Source of the DNA: Sedimentisphaerales bacterium
GTDB lineage: Bacteria; Planctomycetota; Phycisphaerae; Sedimentisphaerales; SM23-30
DNA length: 64,000 bases
Assembly (NCBI GenBank): GCA_963666285.1
Contig: OY762711.1
Reading direction: 5' to 3' (one strand)
The notes beneath the pieces are model-generated. The model ran no database searches, was not told where the DNA came from, and saw only the letters and a list, made by a program, of their open reading frames with translations. The translations under genes were made by a program, and so were the position numbers. Positions 31,251-40,934 of this stretch are shown in pieces. Position 1 is the stretch's first letter, and each line of letters starts with the position of its first letter.

Positions 31251-32785
31251 ATGAGAGCGCCAAGCGAAGCTAATGTAGTCAAGCCGGCCAATCCGGCATG
31301 GGTAAGGGCTAGCCACCCGCCCATTACAGCACCGGGCGTGCAGAGAGGTAACGAACTGTACGAAGCCCCGGGAAAGGAGTTTGTCAGCCACAACGCAAGT
31401 GAAGGTGTTGAGCCCCGAAATTATTCCTTATCGCATCCGGGCCAGGGTTTTCATATGCCTGAAGCCAATATCGATATATGCGAAATACGGCGAGCATCTA
31501 TCGACGAGCCGGGGTCTGAGTCCGTAGCGGGCAAACGAACTGACTGCATTGGAACTTGGGAGAACCGAAGTGCTCCGAAAGGAAGCGGCCAAGGAGCTGA
31601 AACCGTGACGCGGCCGTATGGCATTTTGGTAGTCGGACTGACTCATAGTAGAGGAGTAAACAGGGTAATGCCTGTTGAGTTTCGAAGTTTGAGGCACTCG
31701 AAGGGGTCAGCATTAATGTGTAAAGGCGAAACAGGATATTGGCCAGGCACTGAACTGGAAGAAACCATGAACGTTCCACAGCGTCTTCTATCGGATACTT
31801 CTACAAGGCACATTACTTTGCCTTATGTAGCCGTCAAAGTGAGCATTAATGAAGAGCCGGATGAGGGAAATCTTCAAGTCCGGTTCAGTGAGGGGCATGC
31901 GTTTCCTTGCACAAAATATAATGAAACTCAGAATTTGTTAAATTAATGAAAGGAGGCGACATGCCTACTCGACAAAAAAGAGGTTTTACATTAATTGAAT
32001 TGCTTGTTGTTATTTCCATTATTGCTTTGCTGGTCAGCATCCTTATGCCAGCACTGACTCGCGCCAAACAGCAGGCCCAGTTTGCCGTATGTAAGGCAAA
32101 TTTGAGACAGTATGGTATTGCTATGAATTTATATCTCCAGGATAGCGATGACAGATTCCCGGAAGCTCATACAAGTCTCTTTCGGGGGATAAGGTCTGAA
32201 TGTCAGTGGCATGATGCCCGCAATGATTATGAAGCGGATACAAGTGTTCGTGGCCCGATGTTAAAATATCTAAGTGATATGGATGTGCATTTATGCCCGA
32301 CTTTTATGCGTTTTGCAGCACGAGTGGGAGAACAGCATCTCGAGCCTTTTGGTAGAACTTGTAGTGTACCGATGGATCCTCAATATAGTTATAGTCAGAA
32401 TAAATACCTGGGCGGGACAAACTCAAATGGGGAATATGTTGGAGTTTCCAGGCTAACTCAGATAAAGAACCCGGGAGAGGTTATTTTCTTTGTTGAAGAA
32501 ACTATGTGGATCATTCCCGGTCAGTCATCGCATATGCTTAACGATACCTGTTTCTGGTCCCGCCATCCACACGATTCGGTAGGATACTTGGGTGATAGTA
32601 TTGCGATGTATCATAATACTACCAAGAAGGATGAGGGTAACGGTAACACTGTATTCGCCGATGGCCATGTTGATTTGAGTAATGTATTTGAAGAATTTGC
32701 TTATTCCTGGGGTAAAGTAACTAGCAGTTTCAAGAAGTCATGGCCAAAGGGTAAAATACCAGAGATCTGTCCATATCAAAATTGA
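31251..32785 (+). CDS. prepilin-type (H-X9-DG) protein split by the intron: join(31251..31254,31974..32785); alternative unspliced start ATG 31961
   Basis: Spliced [18 protein letters not shown]; unspliced MPTRQKRG|FTLIE; CKANL, GNTVFADGHV. Confidence 0.85.
31255..31973 (+). mobile_element. ORF-less group II intron, subgroup IIB
   Basis: 5' GAGCG; EBS1 TCATAT (31451-31456) complementary to exon IBS1 ATATGA (31249-31254); DV GAGCCGGATGAGGGAAATCTTCAAGTCCGGTTC (31854-31886); DVI with bulged A31967 and 3' end CCTACTCGAC; no RT ORF. Confidence 0.9.
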
Positions 32786-32941
32786 TCATAATAGTATTTT
32801 GTATGTCTGTATAGTTTTTAATGTCAAAGTAGAAGTTGCAATTGATATTAGAAGTGTGTGTTATTGCGTTTTGATCTAATAAATGGCTGCCTGAATTGTA
32901 CGAGCAGCAGAAAATTAAACCTTGTATAAGAGGAGATTCAA

Positions 32942-34918
32942 ATGAAAAAAATAGGTATCTTAATTGCATGTATTTTCATGTCAGCCGTCTGGGGAAAAGC
33001 CGACCTGATAACGAATGGAGATTTTGAAGAGGGAGGAGACTGGAAATCTCAATACGGTCAGTCTCCATCAGGCTGGACAAGCAGTTCTGCTGCAGTTTAT
33101 ACAGAAAGTGAATACGGTGAGATAATCGATAATCTCGATACCCGCCCGGCATGTATGATGGCAGGTATCGGCAATTATTATCAGCAAGTATTATCCAATG
33201 TTAATGCTGGTTCTGGCAGTACTTACAAGGTAACCTGCGACTATGGAGCCAGAAGTCATAGTGAATATAATCCCTACGTGTCGGTTGGCCATGAATATAT
33301 ATTAAGATTTTCTCTTTGGGATACAACAGATAATGTAGAGCTTGTTGGTGTTGATCAGACATTCGGATATCCAGGTGGTCATAATGACAATTTCCTGACA
33401 CCGGGTGAATATATTTTAACTTATGATAATTCTGGTTTATATGGACATGAACTTGCATTGCGCATTACACATAATACCCAGCCTCCTTCAGGTGCGCCCA
33501 AGTCTGTCTGTACTTCCATGATAGATAATGTAACTGTTGATATACAAAATGTTGCGAAGCTTGTTTCACCTTCTCCTAGCGGCATGACGGACCTAAAGGT
33601 CGAAACTATACTGGAATGGGATTCTCCTTCAAATTTTACTCCTACAGAATACCGCGTTTACTTTGGTACAACAGAACCTAATATGTTGTTTGATGATTAC
33701 GGCCTGACAGAACTGACAGCGGATCAGGAGCCATATACCTCGACAACAATCACACCGGTACAATGGCCGTTAGAATATCTTACTACTTATTATTGGGTAG
33801 TTGACAGCTATGATAATGATGTGCGTCACAAAGGTATGTTCTGGAGCTTTACAACAATAACAGCCAATGCGGTATTGAACAAAGATTCTGGCCCGTTTGA
33901 CTTGCTTGTCGCACCTGGAGATGAAGCCGTATTTACCGTTGCGGGTGAAAATATCGACGTGTATAAATGGTATGGTCCTAATGGTCTAATTGCTGGTGCA
34001 AATACCAATACATTGACATTAACTGATGTTCAGGCTGATGGTGAAGGTTATTATTATTGTGTAGTCGACAATACAGTCAACCCTAAGACCGAAAAATCAA
34101 GAGAAGCATATCTGCTGACAGAGCGTGTTATATCTCACTGGGAATTAGAAGGTAACCTATTGGATTCAGTTGGCGAAAATATCGGCTCAGAACCTGGTCC
34201 GAGATATGCAGCAGAAGGCATTGTTGGCACAATTTCCCTTGATGTTACACCAAATGATCCTAATACTTATGTTAGAGTGTCAAATGTTGATGAATTAAAT
34301 AATGGTATTAGCTTCACTATTGAAGCTTGGATCAAACCTGAAAATATCAATAATTACCATGCTATAGTCAGTAACCGCGGCGGCACAGTTGAAACTGGTG
34401 TTGATGGTGGCTACGTCCTTTATCTCTTGAGTAATGGTGGTATAGGTTTCTGGATTCACAATGGAATAGGTTTTAATAATACCACTACTGGCGGCGAACT
34501 GGTTACAATCGGTGAGTGGAATTATGTTGTCGCTATTTTTGATTCCGGTACCGCTACTGTATATGTAAATGGTGAACTTGCAGCAAGTGCTAAAGATCGG
34601 GTAATCAAACGAAATACAACTACCGACCTATATATTGGCGCAGGTGCTAATGATGAAGACCAGGCAGGATTTTACTTTGATGGCCTGATTGATGATGTTA
34701 CAATATGTAGCGGTGCCGCTCTAGATGCTTATCAAATAGCAGAAAATTATGTTACACAGTTTCCTGAAGCTGATATTTGTGTTGAGCAGGAAGGTATCGC
34801 ATATGATCTGGATAATGACTGTGATGTTGATCTGGCAGATTTTGCACTGCTGGTATCTGAATGGTTAAATTGTAATCGTGTAGTAGGTGAAAACAGTCTT
34901 TTGAATGATTGTAATTAG
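32942..34918 (+). CDS. secreted CBM-like + Ig + LamG protein with C-terminal dockerin-like motif
   Basis: RBS AGGAG, signal peptide, NGDFE, YYWVVDS, Ig GYYYCVV, LamG FTIEAWIK...FDGLIDDV, DLDNDCDVDLADF...WLNC. Confidence 0.85.
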   Translation: MKKIGILIACIFMSAVWGKADLITNGDFEEGGDWKSQYGQSPSGWTSSSAAVYTESEYGEIIDNLDTRPACMMAGIGNYYQQVLSNVNAGSGSTYKVTCDYGARSHSEYNPYVSVGHEYILRFSLWDTTDNVELVGVDQTFGYPGGHNDNFLTPGEYILTYDNSGLYGHELALRITHNTQPPSGAPKSVCTSMIDNVTVDIQNVAKLVSPSPSGMTDLKVETILEWDSPSNFTPTEYRVYFGTTEPNMLFDDYGLTELTADQEPYTSTTITPVQWPLEYLTTYYWVVDSYDNDVRHKGMFWSFTTITANAVLNKDSGPFDLLVAPGDEAVFTVAGENIDVYKWYGPNGLIAGANTNTLTLTDVQADGEGYYYCVVDNTVNPKTEKSREAYLLTERVISHWELEGNLLDSVGENIGSEPGPRYAAEGIVGTISLDVTPNDPNTYVRVSNVDELNNGISFTIEAWIKPENINNYHAIVSNRGGTVETGVDGGYVLYLLSNGGIGFWIHNGIGFNNTTTGGELVTIGEWNYVVAIFDSGTATVYVNGELAASAKDRVIKRNTTTDLYIGAGANDEDQAGFYFDGLIDDVTICSGAALDAYQIAENYVTQFPEADICVEQEGIAYDLDNDCDVDLADFALLVSEWLNCNRVVGENSLLNDCN

Positions 34919-34957
34919 ACTGTAATTTGTATATTTTGTTAGTCAAATAAAATTCTA

Positions 34958-34998
34958 TGCAGTTGGGTCTGACGATCGTTGGATCCAACTGTATTTTG
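34958..34998 (+). terminator. probable intrinsic terminator
   Basis: TGCAGTTGG...CCAACTGTA hairpin followed by TTTT. Confidence 0.55.
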
Positions 34999-35750
34999 CT
35001 AAAATGTCTTCATCAAAAATAGATCTGAGGCAAAATTCACCTAGGATTTATGATTATCCGAAAGAAATTTGCTCTTTGAATAGTTGATATTGCCGGCGGA
35101 GGATGCTGAAAATTCAGAAAGATTTCTTAAAGAAATAATTGATTATAAATGGAACTTATTCTTATAGCTTAGTTTGTTTGGAACCTTGTCTTGCCAGGGG
35201 TAACCATCTCTGTGTGCGCAGTATGCATTTGCAGTCTGCTATTCATATTTACCAGGTTACCTTATCTTGTTAACCCGGGAGACAATCAAGAATATTATCT
35301 AGAGAACCATTAATAAGCAAATAAGAACCCTATATATATTAAGTGGAAATGGGTTGCGACAAGTACATGCATGATATTACCTCAGATTAGTTTTTGAGGT
35401 GGACAGATAATTTTTCACTTAAAAAATCGTCTTCCAGTTTTCTCTGAAACCACCAATTTGCGACTTAATTACCAATCGGTTTATCTGGTAAGCCCAACAG
35501 GGGAAATAGCCGTTTTATCCAAAAATTACTCTTCGCCGCGCTAGCTCCGCAGACGTCCGCGCCCGTTTACAGCCTTTCGCTGCCTGCCGCGCTGCCTCCG
35601 TTCGACGGCGTTTTCGCCGGAAAAATCAACTTTTCGCCAAATACTGTCTTATTTGAAAATTTCTTGCATACAATTCGGCCCGTTTGGGCATTCCATTTCC
35701 GCCGATATTGAGTTTGCCCGCTATACCCGGCATTGTGTATAATATCAAAC

Positions 35751-37079
35751 ATGACCGGCAAATCAGACAACAGGCTCGAGGCTGTACGCTCTCGCATACG
35801 CGAATTCCCCGCCGCGCCAGGCGTGTATATGATGAAAGACAACGCCGGCATTGTACTATACATCGGCAAGGCCGCCAACCTCCGCGATCGCGTCATGAGC
35901 TACTTTCAACCCTCCGCAGACCTCGCCAATAGCAGGGGGCCAAAGATCGTCGAGATGGTTTCTAAAGTCTGTGATGTAACGTATTTAGAGTGTGATAGCG
36001 AGGTCGACGCCATCCTCCGGGAAGCTCGTCTCATCAAAGATATCCACCCGCCGTACAACACCCGCCAGCTCGACGACAAGACCTTTCCATACATCGAGAT
36101 TACCCGCCAGGACGACTTTCCCGCGGTATATATTACCCGCGAACCGCACAAAAAGAGCAAGCTCTACGGCCCGTTTACATCAGTCAGCGAGCTGCGACGC
36201 GTCGTACAGGTCCTCCAGCGTATCTTCCGTTTCCGTACCTGCCGCCAGGAGATCCTCGCAGACGATCCCAAGCTGCGTTTCAACCGCCCGTGCATCCTTT
36301 ACAGCATCAAACAGTGTACCGGCCCGTGTGCTGGCAAGATCGATGCAGAATCGTATGCTGTTGAAATAAAACGACTTAAACAGTTCCTTGAATCCAAGCG
36401 TTCTACTCTGCTCCGCCAGCTGTACAAGGATATGACACAAGCCTCCCAGGACCTGAACTTCGAAGAAGCTGCCCGCCTGCGAGATGAAATCAAGGCCATA
36501 GAGGCCCTCAACGACCGCGGCAAAGTCGATGAACACGTTCAGCCCGAACTCTTCCAGATCGACCCGGCAGAAGGTATGCGTAACCTCGAGCGAATACTTA
36601 ACTTACGAGAAAACAGCCTTAGGGTTATCGAAGGTTATGATATCGCACATATACAAGGTACCAACACCGTCGCATCACAGGTATGTTTCATCGACGGCAG
36701 ACCGTTCAAAAACGGTTACCGTCGCTATAAGATCAAAACTGTCAAGGGGATAGACGATTTTGCCTCCATGAACGAGGTTATGTCGCGTCGATTTGCCAAG
36801 GCCGATCCAGACGATGAACTTTTCCCCAACCTGGTCCTCATCGACGGCGGACTCGGACAGCTCAACGCCGCCCTGGAGATCGTTTCCCAGATTCCGCTTA
36901 ACCGCCCGGCAATAATATCTTTAGCGAAGCGTGAAGAAGAGGTTTACATACCCGGCAAAGACACACCCATCCGTATTAGCCGACACGACCCGGCATTGAG
37001 AATTCTACAGCATATTCGTGACGAGGCGCACAGATTCGCTCAACACTACTTCCACATTCTCCAGCATAAAAACGTATAA
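35751..37079 (+). CDS. uvrC: excinuclease ABC subunit C (short form lacking the C-terminal HhH)
   Basis: GIY-YIG PGVY...YIGKA, Cys cluster, UVR FEEAARLRD, RNase H-like YDIAH, DDF, IDGGLGQ, RDEAHRFA. Confidence 0.93.
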   Translation: MTGKSDNRLEAVRSRIREFPAAPGVYMMKDNAGIVLYIGKAANLRDRVMSYFQPSADLANSRGPKIVEMVSKVCDVTYLECDSEVDAILREARLIKDIHPPYNTRQLDDKTFPYIEITRQDDFPAVYITREPHKKSKLYGPFTSVSELRRVVQVLQRIFRFRTCRQEILADDPKLRFNRPCILYSIKQCTGPCAGKIDAESYAVEIKRLKQFLESKRSTLLRQLYKDMTQASQDLNFEEAARLRDEIKAIEALNDRGKVDEHVQPELFQIDPAEGMRNLERILNLRENSLRVIEGYDIAHIQGTNTVASQVCFIDGRPFKNGYRRYKIKTVKGIDDFASMNEVMSRRFAKADPDDELFPNLVLIDGGLGQLNAALEIVSQIPLNRPAIISLAKREEEVYIPGKDTPIRISRHDPALRILQHIRDEAHRFAQHYFHILQHKNV

Positions 37080-37146
37080 TTACTACCTAAATTATTGGTT
37101 TCTATACCTTTAAGTCATAAATCGACCAAAAAAATAAAATTAACTT

Positions 37147-37175
37147 TTGACAAATAAAACCTTTTTTGATAGCAT
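37147..37175 (+). promoter_or_regulatory. sigma70 promoter of tRNA-Cys
   Basis: TTGACA-N17-TAGCAT. Confidence 0.65.
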
Positions 37176-37213
37176 TTTCCTCTCTTGGAAAAAGCCTCAA
37201 CGGCACCTCCAAC

Positions 37214-37287
37214 GGCGACGTAGCCAAGTGGCCTAAGGCAACGGTTTGCAAAACCGTCATTCGTGGGTTCAAATCCCACCGTCGCCT
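37214..37287 (+). tRNA. tRNA-Cys (GCA)
   Basis: Acceptor GGCGACG/CGTCGCC, anticodon arm ACGGT-TTGCAAA-ACCGT, T-loop GGTTCAAATCC, discriminator U; CCA not encoded. Confidence 0.95.
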
Positions 37288-37657
37288 TTTCTTTTTTGAG
37301 CTGAAATTGAGGTTTTAGGACAATTCTTAGAACAATTCACTATTTCTTTGTAATAATTCTTCCAAATTTCTTATTGCTGATTTTGTCAGTTTATTATTAT
37401 TTGGAGACTTATTTTTGTGAAAAAAGGTCGAAAAGCTAGATATATTGAAATAAATGGCAGAGAGATTGAGGGTAATGCCAGGATACAGTATTATGAACTC
37501 AAAGTTGGTGTATAACCCACCGAACAGATGCTACTAATATCATTTAATTCGGTTTCTGCTCTGTATTTCTTGCAGTGCTATTGTCTGGATATGTATTTCC
37601 TACGGCAATAGATTTAGACTTCCGTAGTATATAATTACTGATATATTTTCAACTTAA

Positions 37658-38056
37658 CTAAATTTCTTCTCTTGCGTTTTCTACCCAACCGGTTTGGGCG
37701 GTATATTCTTTCAATATATCTAAATCTTTTTTAATTTCGTTTATTGCATTACTTATATTGCCGGTATTGCCGTTATTAACTTCATTTTCCAATGTTGCAG
37801 CCTTTTGAGACAATGCAATTGCCGCCATATTGCTTGCTATCCCTTTTATGGAATGTATCAGTCTTGATACCAATGAAAAATCAGAATCTATACCGGTTTC
37901 TTTGATTGTATTTATATGTGAAGCAATGCTTCTTATACTATCTTCTACAATTTCATATAAAAACTCATTTTCTATGTCTTTACCAAAGCGGTCTATAAGG
38001 TCTGCCATTTCAATAGGTAACGAGTTTTTATTTGATTCTGATTTGAAGTTGTCCAT
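37658..38056 (-). CDS. Hpt phosphotransfer protein
   Basis: HSIKGIASNMAA...AATLE. Confidence 0.85.
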   Translation of the reverse strand: MDNFKSESNKNSLPIEMADLIDRFGKDIENEFLYEIVEDSIRSIASHINTIKETGIDSDFSLVSRLIHSIKGIASNMAAIALSQKAATLENEVNNGNTGNISNAINEIKKDLDILKEYTAQTGWVENAREEI

Positions 38057-38089
38057 TTTTGTTATCCTTTTACTTGCATAAAATATGTA

Positions 38090-40903
38090 TTATGCTCCGG
38101 CATTTACATGTTCTTTTTGAGCCCACTTTTTGATGCTTTTCAATACTAGTTCTCGTTTTAATGGCTTAGATAGAAAATCATTCATGCCTGCTTCAATACA
38201 TTTTGAACGATCGCTTTCAAACGCATTAGCTGTTAAAGCGATAATTGGTGTATGTACTCCTTTTTGCCTTAATATTGTTGTCGCTTCCAGGCCATCCATA
38301 ATAGGCATCTGCATATCCATAAGAATCATATTAAATGACTCTTTTTGAGCTTTGGTGACTGCCTCCTGGCCATTATTGGCGATTGCGACTTTGCATCTGG
38401 TTTTTTCCAGCATCTTAGATGCTAATTTTAGATTAATTTCATCATCATCAACTAATAATACGTGGAGGTGACTAAAATCTATTTCATTTACATTATCATC
38501 TGTTGGTAGATTATTAGTAGTTATTGTTTTTTGTATTCCTTTGCTTGACAATGGTAGTCGTATTATAAAATAGAACGTACTGCCTTTACCTTCTTCGCTT
38601 TCAACCAGCAGTTCTGCATCCATAAGCTTTATAATTCTTTTGGAAATTGCCAAACCCAGCCCGGTTCCACCATATTTGCGAGTTGTCGAACCATCTGCCT
38701 GCTGGAATACATCAAAAATATGTTTTTGCTGTTCTTGGGATATTCCAATTCCTGTATCTCTAATTGCAATTTCTACAGTTGCTTCAATATCGTCTTTCCG
38801 TATACACTTGATTTCTGCTTCAATTTTTCCATTTTCAGTAAATTTAGCGGCATTGCCAAGAAGATTTATCAGAACCTGCCTTAATCTGCATGGATCTCCT
38901 TTTACCCATTGTGGCATTTTATCATCTATTATGCAGTTTAATTGAACATTTTCTTTAACTTTAGGTGTGATTATTTCGCATACGTCCTTCGTCATTTGAA
39001 TGATATCAAAATCGACGATTTCCATATCCATTTTGCCTGCTTCAATTTTGGATAAATCTAATATATCATTTATCAGTGCCAGAAGGGCGTTACCGCTGCG
39101 ATTAATAGTTCTTACTATATCTAAATGTTCGTCGTTAAGGTCTGCTTCCATGAGCATCTCACTGAAGCCAAGAATACTATTCATAGGAGTTCTAATCTCG
39201 TGGCTCATGTTTGCTAAAAATTCACTCTTGGAATGGTTGGCAATTTCCGCTTTTCTAGCCATCTCATTTGCGTTTCTTGTTGCCAGTTCAAGCTGTTTAT
39301 TCATTATCTCAGCTGCTTCTTTGGCGCATCTTAATTCAGCTGTATATTTTGCCTGCTCAGCTTCTGCTTCTTTGAGCTTGCTTATATCGACAAATGATTC
39401 AAGGTAGCATTTTTCTCCATTCAGTTCGATTCGCATGACCGTTTTCAAGATTGCCAGCTTTTCACCGCTTTTAGTCAGTAGTACTCTTTCTGAGTTCTCA
39501 ATCTTGTTATTAATGTCTGACATTGGGCAATTACCCTTAAAGTTAGGGCAAACATAGTTATAGCATACCTTATCGATCATTTCATCTATTGTTGTTTGAC
39601 ACATTGTAGCGGCAGCATTATTTGCGAATACTATTCTATGGTTTTCTTGTGAAATAACAAAAATACCTGCCTGTACTGAATTGAGAATAGATTTTAGATT
39701 CTGCTTGTTTTTCTGAAGTATTATTTCATTTTCTCTTTGCTCGGTAATATCCCTTGCTATTTCAACTGCTTTATCGACTGTACCATCTGTATTTGGTATC
39801 GGAGCCGCCAGGATCTCTAATATCCTGCCGCTTGATGTTGTTGTCTCTATTCTGCATACTTTATTGGTTTTTACAGACTCTTTTACCGGACATTCATTAC
39901 ATGGTGAATTGTGTTCTATGAACCTTTGATAGCATGGATGAGTTTTTTCGTTGCCGAATATTTCGTCCAGGACTATATTTTGATAATATACCTCATGGTT
40001 TATGCCCACTATACTAATGCCGATATCGGCGGAGGCTAAACCATCTATTAATGATTGTAATTTGTCTTTTTCTGTTCTTAATTCATTTTCAGCTTCTGCT
40101 CTCCTCTTAATGATTGCATCTATTTGTCGATATATCTTTAGAAATACAAATGAACCAGTTGCAATTATAAATATAAAGGTTATTATCCTTATTATTCGAA
40201 TTTTGGCAGTAAGTTGTGCGTTGTATTCTTGTAGCTTTTGTATGTCTTTGTGACTTTCATAAAATATTTTAGTAGCACTTTCGCTTGTTCTGATTATATA
40301 TGTATTAATGCCTTTTGAATAAGTAAATAGCTTGCTTCTATCTACATCCTGGGCTTTATTAGCATCACTTAGATGATTATGGACTTCATTAAAGAAACTT
40401 TGGGCTAACATTTCGATATCGATAATTTTTGGCCTTATATCTATGATTTCTATTTGATATCTGGATTTTTCATTTTTAATATATGAATATTCCTCAGTAA
40501 TCGAATCAGCGTCATTGATATTTGATGCTAAGATATCTGTAAAAGTACCGCCATTCTGTAAGGTGTCCAGTGCAGAATTGATAATTGAAATCGATTGAGC
40601 GACACTGTTTTTATAATAATCTATCATTCTGGAATCTTCAGATGCGATAGCCTTTGATATGTTTTTTTCAATAGTTATCAATTCGCGAATTATGACTCTG
40701 CCCAGCCTGCGATGTGCCATTTGATTATATATTTCGCTCTCGCTTTTTTCATCGCAGTAGTTTGAATAGATATCCAGGGTAATTATTGCTATCAGTAAAA
40801 CGATTGCAATTGCTGCCAGAGAAATTAGTTTTCGTTTAATTTCTTCATTGCAGCGTTTATGAAATATACTTTTAATCTTTGTCAATATCATTAAAATTCT
40901 CAT
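38090..40903 (-). CDS. membrane hybrid histidine kinase (PAS-PAS-HisKA-HATPase-REC)
   Basis: Two TMs, FLANMSHEIRTPMN, NLLGNAAKFT, GGTGLGL, receiver ILMDMQMP. Confidence 0.93.
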   Translation of the reverse strand: MRILMILTKIKSIFHKRCNEEIKRKLISLAAIAIVLLIAIITLDIYSNYCDEKSESEIYNQMAHRRLGRVIIRELITIEKNISKAIASEDSRMIDYYKNSVAQSISIINSALDTLQNGGTFTDILASNINDADSITEEYSYIKNEKSRYQIEIIDIRPKIIDIEMLAQSFFNEVHNHLSDANKAQDVDRSKLFTYSKGINTYIIRTSESATKIFYESHKDIQKLQEYNAQLTAKIRIIRIITFIFIIATGSFVFLKIYRQIDAIIKRRAEAENELRTEKDKLQSLIDGLASADIGISIVGINHEVYYQNIVLDEIFGNEKTHPCYQRFIEHNSPCNECPVKESVKTNKVCRIETTTSSGRILEILAAPIPNTDGTVDKAVEIARDITEQRENEIILQKNKQNLKSILNSVQAGIFVISQENHRIVFANNAAATMCQTTIDEMIDKVCYNYVCPNFKGNCPMSDINNKIENSERVLLTKSGEKLAILKTVMRIELNGEKCYLESFVDISKLKEAEAEQAKYTAELRCAKEAAEIMNKQLELATRNANEMARKAEIANHSKSEFLANMSHEIRTPMNSILGFSEMLMEADLNDEHLDIVRTINRSGNALLALINDILDLSKIEAGKMDMEIVDFDIIQMTKDVCEIITPKVKENVQLNCIIDDKMPQWVKGDPCRLRQVLINLLGNAAKFTENGKIEAEIKCIRKDDIEATVEIAIRDTGIGISQEQQKHIFDVFQQADGSTTRKYGGTGLGLAISKRIIKLMDAELLVESEEGKGSTFYFIIRLPLSSKGIQKTITTNNLPTDDNVNEIDFSHLHVLLVDDDEINLKLASKMLEKTRCKVAIANNGQEAVTKAQKESFNMILMDMQMPIMDGLEATTILRQKGVHTPIIALTANAFESDRSKCIEAGMNDFLSKPLKRELVLKSIKKWAQKEHVNAGA

Positions 40904-40934
40904 CCCTGCCTATTGTTCGACATTCAGTAATTTA

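Noticed and set aside
31200..31946. 248-aa ORF in the track
   Set aside because: Overlaps the structured group II intron RNA and has no RT or other motifs; most likely a chance open frame
32786..32941. Extra DV/DVI copies enabling alternative splicing to downstream genes
   Set aside because: No second domain V-like sequence seen here or before the other pilin/LamG genes
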